A stretch of DNA of 64,000 bases. Source: Octopus vulgaris. Its lineage: Eukaryota. Under the pieces are notes generated by a model. It did not search any database. It saw nothing but the letters and a program-made list of their open reading frames with translations, and was not told the origin of the DNA. The stretch is from the NCBI GenBank assembly GCA_951406725.2, contig OX597828.1, forward strand, positions 11,284,001 through 11,348,000, given 5' to 3'. Both the position numbers and the translations under genes were made by a program. This document shows, piece by piece, positions 56,803 to 64,000 of the stretch (position 1 is the first letter of the stretch; each line of letters starts with the position of its first letter).

Positions 56803-56979
56803 TACTCTTTTACTTGTTTCAGTCATTTGACTGTGGCCATGCTGGATCACCGCCTTTAGTCGAGCAAATCGACCCCAGGACTTATTCTTTGTAAGCCTAG
56901 TACTTAATCTATCGGTCTCTTTTGCCGAACTGCTAATTTATGGGGACGTAAACACACCAGCATATATACACACACATAT

Positions 56980-57066
<87 letters not shown>

Positions 57067-57233
57067 CATGCGACAGGCTTCTTTCAGTTTCCGCCTACCA
57101 AATCAACTCAGAAGGCTTTAGTCGGCCCGAGGCTATAGTAGCAGACACTTGCCCAAGGTGCCACGCAGTGGGACTGAACCCGGAGCCATGTGGTTCATTA
57201 GCAAGTTACTTACCACACAGCCACTCCTACGCC
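56803..57233 (-). mobile_element. SINE-A, full length
   Basis: Colinear reverse complement of the family. Confidence 0.92.
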
Positions 57234-57687
57234 TATTAATAACAAAACAAAACAAAAAAGGGAACGGTTGATAGAATTTACCCTCGTACACACCTCGGCG
57301 CCACTTACGTTGTCAACTCCTAAGAACTAAAAGTATGTAAACTGATCCATGAACTCCAAACATTGGCACCTTTCGTGGAATTAATATTCTTTTACCTATA
57401 ATTAGTATAATCGTTATATTTGACATTACCCAATTTCATTTCATGTTTTTTTATTCCAAAGAGATGGCTGTTTTTCTCAGCTATAAATTACTTAGATCTT
57501 ACTTTCATAAACCGAATTTAGTTGAGAATTAATCCTGTTTCGAAAACCTTCAGTCCATTATCTTGTCATCATGTTCCAAGACTAGACACATTTAATTTCT
57601 GATGCCTTATACTTTCACACATTCACTCCTTTTTTTCCTTCACCCACTCTCTCTCTCATTCTCACTTTCTCTCTCTCTCCTTCCCTC

Positions 57688-57753
<66 letters not shown>

Positions 57754-57810
57754 AATGAGTGGATGCTTCAAGTATACAAGCATTAGCAATTCATATTCCT
57801 CAGAAAGTTA

Positions 57811-58295
57811 AATGGCGATTTGACGTCTATGTTTAGCATATAGAGTGTCCACATTAGTGGTCATTCCTCTTAATTTTGTATGTAACACAATTTTTAATCT
57901 TCAGATTTTTAAATATGCTAAGTCACTGGTTTTAATTGATTAACATAAATTTCTACCCTTATTATTTAATTTTGTGTGTATATATATATATATATATATT
58001 ACAAACTGAGATAGCGGTAACATATATATATATATATATATATATATACACGAAATTAAATAATAAGGGTAGAAATTTATGTTAATCAATTAAAACCAGT
58101 GGCTTAGCTTATTTAAAAATCCGAAGATTAAAAATTGTGTTACGTAGAAAATTAAGAGGAATGGCCACTAATGTGGACACTCTATATGCTAAACATAGAC
58201 GTCAAATAGCCATTACCACGAAGAACACATTCTTCGTGGGTAATGGCGATTTGACGTCTATGTTTAGCATATAGGGTGTCCTCTTAATTTTGTGT
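57811..58295. mobile_element. Penelope-like pseudo-LTR pieces arranged as inverted repeats
   Basis: About 57811-57978 is inverted at 58047-58215, followed by a fold-back at 58170-58281. Homologous to 12598-12750. Confidence 0.72.
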
Positions 58296-58628
58296 GTGTA
58301 TATATATATAAATACACACACGTGCTTATTGTTTTATTCCTTAAGTGCTTTTAGTCGTACGACTGAGGCCATAAATATATGAAAGAGTGTATGTACAACT
58401 CACATGTATTGATCATTTTGTATACACACACACACACACACATATATATGCGTACATATATATATAGATATGTGTATATGTATACATGCATGTGTACATA
58501 TGATGTGAGTGTGTGTAAACATCAATATATTATATATATATATGAGTGTGTGTATACATGTATGTATGTTTGTGTGTGTGTGTGTGTCTATAACACAAAT
58601 ACACGCCCCCACAAATGTTTATACATAC

Positions 58629-58661
<33 letters not shown>

Positions 58662-58686
58662 CATACATACATACATACATATATAT

Positions 58687-58717
<31 letters not shown>

Positions 58718-59305
58718 CATACATACATATACACATATACATATATACACATATGTATGTATGTATGTATGTATAATGAACATAGAGGCCACTCAAAGAT
58801 GATACATTTATGACTCCATCAGAATATAATCCCACGCAGCCGTCTGTATGATTGTGATCGTGTACTTTCCGTTGAGTCATGACTCTGATATTCAAACAAC
58901 CAAAATCTGATGAAGGCCAAAGTGCAAGTATTTATATATCAAATAGGAGAATGTAATTGTCTTCCCAAAGATTCTTTTCTTTTTGCGTATTATTCTTCGT
59001 TATTTTTGTCTTCTTGCTCCTCTTCTTCTTCTTGTCTTTCTCCTCCTCCTTGTTGTTGTTATTAGCATGGGGGTGTTGGAGATGGAAGTTGGTTTGCTTT
59101 TGTTGACATCTCCCTACTTCAGAAATGACATTGTAATTTCTTGTATCACTGATATTCTATGCGCTTTTGCATGCACGTATGCGGTCATGTGCGAGCATCC
59201 ATCCATACGTACGTACATACATACATATCTACGTATGGATGGATATATATAAAGAGAGAGAGAGAGGAAGGAGGAGACGGATATTTATACATATTTACAT
59301 ACACT

Positions 59306-59361
<56 letters not shown>

Positions 59362-59587
59362 TTAGAAAAGCACCACCTTTTATCAATTCAAAATGAACAA
59401 TTAAATTACACCATCTAGAAAATTACATATAATAAAAATATTAAAATTAAAATAACACTAAAATGTCAATGTTGAAGTAAATTGCAAAAAAATAATAAAA
59501 ACGTATATATTGGTAGAATAACGACACGTGTTTCGTGGCTATATTTAAAGAAATGATTATAGTAGTAGTGAAATCACTCACACAATA

Positions 59588-59820
59588 TATTTCTTTATTG
59601 CCCACAAGGGGCTAAACATAGAGGGGACAAACAAAGACAGACAAAGGGATTAAGTCGATTACATCGACCCCAGTGAGTAACTGGTACTTTATTTATCGAC
59701 CCCGAAAGGATGAAAGAGAAAGTCGACCTCGGCGGAATTTGAACTCAGAACGTAACGGCAGACGAAATATGGCTACGCATTTCGCCCAGCGTGCTAACGA
59801 TTCTGCCAGCTCGCCGCCTT
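59588..59820 (-). mobile_element. SINE-B1, full length with TSD
   Basis: ctcacacaata(tat) on both sides (from about 59577 and 59822). Confidence 0.92.
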
Positions 59821-59948
59821 GCTCACACAATATATATGTACGTACACACCATATGTATATACATATAGATATATAAACGTATTCGTAGACACATATACAA
59901 ATATATTTATATATATACATACATGCATACACACACGCACGTACATTT

Positions 59949-59979
<31 letters not shown>

Positions 59980-60722
59980 CCCAACTCCTCCCTTCATGAA
60001 TGAGGTCGAGTTAGCAATCAAAACATAACTTTTATGCATTGGACAAATCGATGCTATTTTAATATCAATATTCATCCAACTTGATATATATGTTGTATTT
60101 ATATCACTGTATGTTTATTAGATTAAATGAAAATACTTTCTAACTGAGATAATAAATCCCACAAAAAGCGAAACAGGCATTATTAACAAATCTATACAAG
60201 ACATTATACGACACACAAGAGCGTTCTCATACCTCATTCAATTGATATATAGCAGCTCAACCATTGAATAGGTCAAGAAAATTAAAGATAAGCCCACATG
60301 CAACTTCATGCATTTCGACTTCATGGAGTCTTACATCTCATATCCAAAAACTTCCCCCCCAAAGCACTCGAGGTTAGTAAAGCATATACAAGCGTTGCAA
60401 ACACCGATATATTCATAATAATGAACACAAGGAAGTGATTGCTTTTCCTGAGTAATTCCTTTCCATAAGCTCGGAAACATGGGGTGCAGGGGTGGTGCAA
60501 GCGCACCCTGTAAAATTTTGTTTGTTTGTTTGTTAGGTGGTCGGGGCTCGGGTGGGGGCGTTGAAAACGCTTTGAATATCCTCCTGGAAAGCTTCATCGC
60601 CAAAACGAACGAGTATAAAAACATGTTTGGAATGATTTGAAAATTAGTTTTCCTTTATTGGATTTATTTGATTGGAGTGATGTACAAATGTAGTAGTAGT
60701 AGTAGTAATAATAATAATAATG

Positions 60723-60790
<68 letters not shown>

Positions 60791-60864
60791 CCTGTGGTTG
60801 CAAAACATTTTGGACCTGCGTTTGTACTCACTAAGCAATTTTCCTTCCCGCACGTTTCGATTGA

Positions 60865-62040
60865 ATGAAAAAGGATAGAAATGGGCTATTTGATGTTGCT
60901 ATCGGGAGCCATGAAGAAGCAGAGATAACGGATCTGGTTGGCCTTTGCATCCTACATATCCTTAAAAATGAAAGAGAAGAAGCCAACGTAGGGTTATATA
61001 GGGACCTCGGTCTTGGAGTAGTGCGTAACAAAATACGGACACGATATGTGAAAGATAAAAAAAACAAAATTATGCAAAATATTCAGTCAACTCAACCTAA
61101 ATTTACCATTAGCACTAGCCTTAAAGAAATTAATTTCCTATGTATTAATATGAATTTTAAGTCCAGGCAAAATTAAACCCTTCAATAAATCAAAAGAGGA
61201 CACCACCTATATTGACAGAGGCTCTAATCATTCATCATCAATAATAAAACAATTAGTTAACGACATTAGTAAGCATGTTCCCGACCTATTCTCTGACGAA
61301 TCTACTTACAAAAAGAGGCAGCCCCATATTATGACACTGCATAAGAAAGGTCCAAATATTAATAGTATAACTTATATTGAACAAAACGTGGGTAAGCCAA
61401 AAAAGACGTAAGCAGAAGAAAATATTATGGTATAATCCTCCATTCCGCATGATTGTGGCTACAGCTATAGCAAGAAAATTTCTAAAACTCATTGATACAC
61501 ATTTCTAATACTACAACGACTTCGATAGAAATTCAGTTAAAGTTGGCTATAGTTGTCTCTGCAACACAGGATCGAAGATTTTTAATCACAATAAGAATAA
61601 TAACATTAGGAACAGCCCTCAAGTATCTTTTATAGTAGATCTCCAAATAACTGTCCCCTGACCGTGTGCCTGGAAATAAGAATTGGTGAACAAGTCCAGC
61701 ACCACAGACTGGACTTGAACGGATCAACAAAAACTTACATTGGAATGATGAAAAACATTCAAGTGAAGGTATACGCAACACTTGGCCTCGTTACAAAAGA
61801 TGCACAACATCTTTGCCCAGTAGGGTATGGACCCTTAAAGAGAAGAGTGTGAATACCCCTACATAAATTAGAGCATAATAGATAAGGCCAGCAAATATAG
61901 GGGACGGAGCCGAAAATGCAATCCCCGTATCAGAGATAATTATATATTATAATATGAACAGTTAACATTTCGAATATTAGAGAAGAAAGATTTTCCCTTT
62001 GCATGCATAAACGGCAATTCATACTTGGAAATTTCAAGCA
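60865..62040 (+). pseudogene. Decayed Penelope-like element ORF (RT plus GIY-YIG)
   Basis: FDVAIGSHEEAEITDLVGLCIL...VGLYRDLGL (compare FDVTMGSYDGAEVCELVG...GLYRDDGL), INFL, WYNPPF at about 61428, KTYIG at about 61730 and a terminal CMHKRQF. Confidence 0.85.
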
Positions 62041-62779
62041 CGAGCCCTCAACTACTTTGCTATATATCCAGCCTGGTTAAGTATTTGGATATCAATTATA
62101 AACAAAATATGTTTTAGGGATATATACTTACAATAACCCATACTGGATTTCCTTAATACACTGATACATATGCGTAGCAGATATTCACATCATCTCTCTC
62201 TCCCATCTCTTTTACTCTCTCTCATCTCTCTCCCTCCCTCTCTCTCCCTCTCTCTCTCTCTGAGAGAGAAAAAGACAGACAGACAGACAGGCACATACAC
62301 CCAGGCAAATATACATACATATATGTGTGTATATACCTATATGCTTATATTGTATGACTGTTTGAGTTTGCACTTCGAGTTCTTTACTTTGAGTGGCCTG
62401 ACGATGTTTATATAAGCAAATAACACAAAAATGTATGTGTGTGCGTACATGTATGTGTGTATATGTACATATATGTTTGTATGTATGTGTTTATAATTAA
62501 GGTGTGTGGTGTGTGTGTGTATGAAAGTGAGAGAGAGAGAGAATGGGAAGGGAGAGAAGAGAGAGAGAGAGAACGGCTTCACAAATAAAAGCGCTAGATA
62601 TATTTATAAATATAGTAAAACTAAAATTTATACATATATAATTGAGGGTGTAGATCTGTGCATATGCTGTTGAGCATGTCTGTATGAATGAGTACGAATG
62701 ATTGGGGGTACGTGCGCGAGCATGTGTGTATGCATTATAGAATGAAAATAATCAAGTATGTGTAAGGTTGAGTTCGAAC

Positions 62780-62872
62780 ACACACACGCATATATATGCA
62801 TACAATTACACACAGATATATATATAAATGTATGTGTATGTGTATGTATGTATATGTATGTATATATATACG

Positions 62873-62921
<49 letters not shown>

Positions 62922-63207
62922 ATATGTGTCTATGTATATATATGTGTGTGTGTGGGGGGTATGTGTGTATGTATATATATATATATGTGTGTGTGGGTAT
63001 GTGTGTATGTATATATATATATGTGTGTGGGTATATGTGTATGTATATATATATATATATGTGTGTGGGTATATGTGTATGTATGTATGTATGTATGTAT
63101 GTATGTATGCATACGTAATCAAATTTAAAAATACAAGTGTGTAAATAACGGACACACACATATTTTCATACATACATATGCATGTATACATATGTGTGTG
63201 TATGTAA

Positions 63208-63260
<53 letters not shown>

Positions 63261-63350
63261 TACATATATGTGTGTGTGTAAATATATATATATATATAAT
63301 ACACATATATATACATACATAGGTATGCATTTATGTATGTATGTATGTAA
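62780..63350. repeat. (TA/TG/TATG) compound microsatellite
   Basis: Direct reading of the sequence. Confidence 0.95.
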
Positions 63351-64000
63351 TTTTGTATATATTTGCTCGTAAGATATTATGATACGCTATATAGATAAGC
63401 TATCGACATTTATGAGTATAATGTCCAATAAACTGAGACTAACATCTAGTGTTCAGTGAAAAGTAATCAACGTATGTTTGCTGTATGAAGAGAGGGAGAG
63501 CGAAGGAGAGAGAGAGAGAGGGGGTGGAAAGGAGAGAGACAGACAGACAGACAAGTGTCGATTTCTTGGCCAGTCCTTTACTATTAGACAAATTTCCCAG
63601 TTGACCACCGCAGACTGTGATTGCAGAAGTTCGATTCACAACGCTGACCACATAGGATTTAGTTGATTGTGGTCCACTGAGATATCATATATATATAATA
63701 TAACGTCTATATTTCTAGATCACACACCACTTAAGAGAATAAATGGATACAGAATTGGTCTCCGAAGACCAGAATGGTAAATCTGGTTTCTATTGGAAAA
63801 CAGCCATTTGTTATTGTGAAACGTAAAACCAGCAATCAAAGTTATAGTAATAGTGTTGGCAATATGCCGAATCTTCAGAAAAGAACGATTTCGGGGATAA
63901 ATATTTTTATTTATATATTTATTTTTTTTTTTTTTATTATTATTAAAATATCCTTTTTAACAATCATAGCTTCGACAGTGGCGGAGAGATCTTTAGAGAG

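Noticed and set aside
58785-58920. Unique stretch with a short open frame ([21 protein letters not shown]) as an exon
   Set aside because: Weak splice signals and no recognisable protein similarity.
63763-63805. ccgaaga-ccaga..tctgg as a hammerhead
   Set aside because: The core is mutated and GAAA does not follow the stem; no helix I or III.

Overview
A repeat-saturated, AT-rich animal genomic window, intronic or intergenic. The SINE repertoire suggests an octopus or other cephalopod; that is inference, not a database result. I can support no intact host gene: almost all ORFs in the track are translated microsatellites or SINEs. Content: (1) several modular tRNA-derived SINE families, labelled A, B, C, D and E here; (2) two tandem ~1.45 kb ORF1-only retroelements (RRM-like plus CCHC knuckle) at 52780-55717, inserted with a ~15 bp TSD into the tRNA head of SINE-A, where two more insertions with the same 3' tail hit the same SINE position; (3) non-coding Penelope-like or retrozyme-like units in (TA)n tracts carrying type I hammerhead ribozyme folds, plus a decayed Penelope-like RT/GIY-YIG ORF; (4) three ~420 bp MITEs with GG-starting TIRs and 8 bp TSDs; (5) two mariner deletion derivatives; (6) decayed Helitron, RTE and R4/Dong-like remnants; (7) local templated insertions. 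The strongest candidate for something new is the shared-tail, SINE-targeting network of ORF1-only elements, a SINE and LINE 3' fragments. The hammerhead-bearing non-coding units come second.
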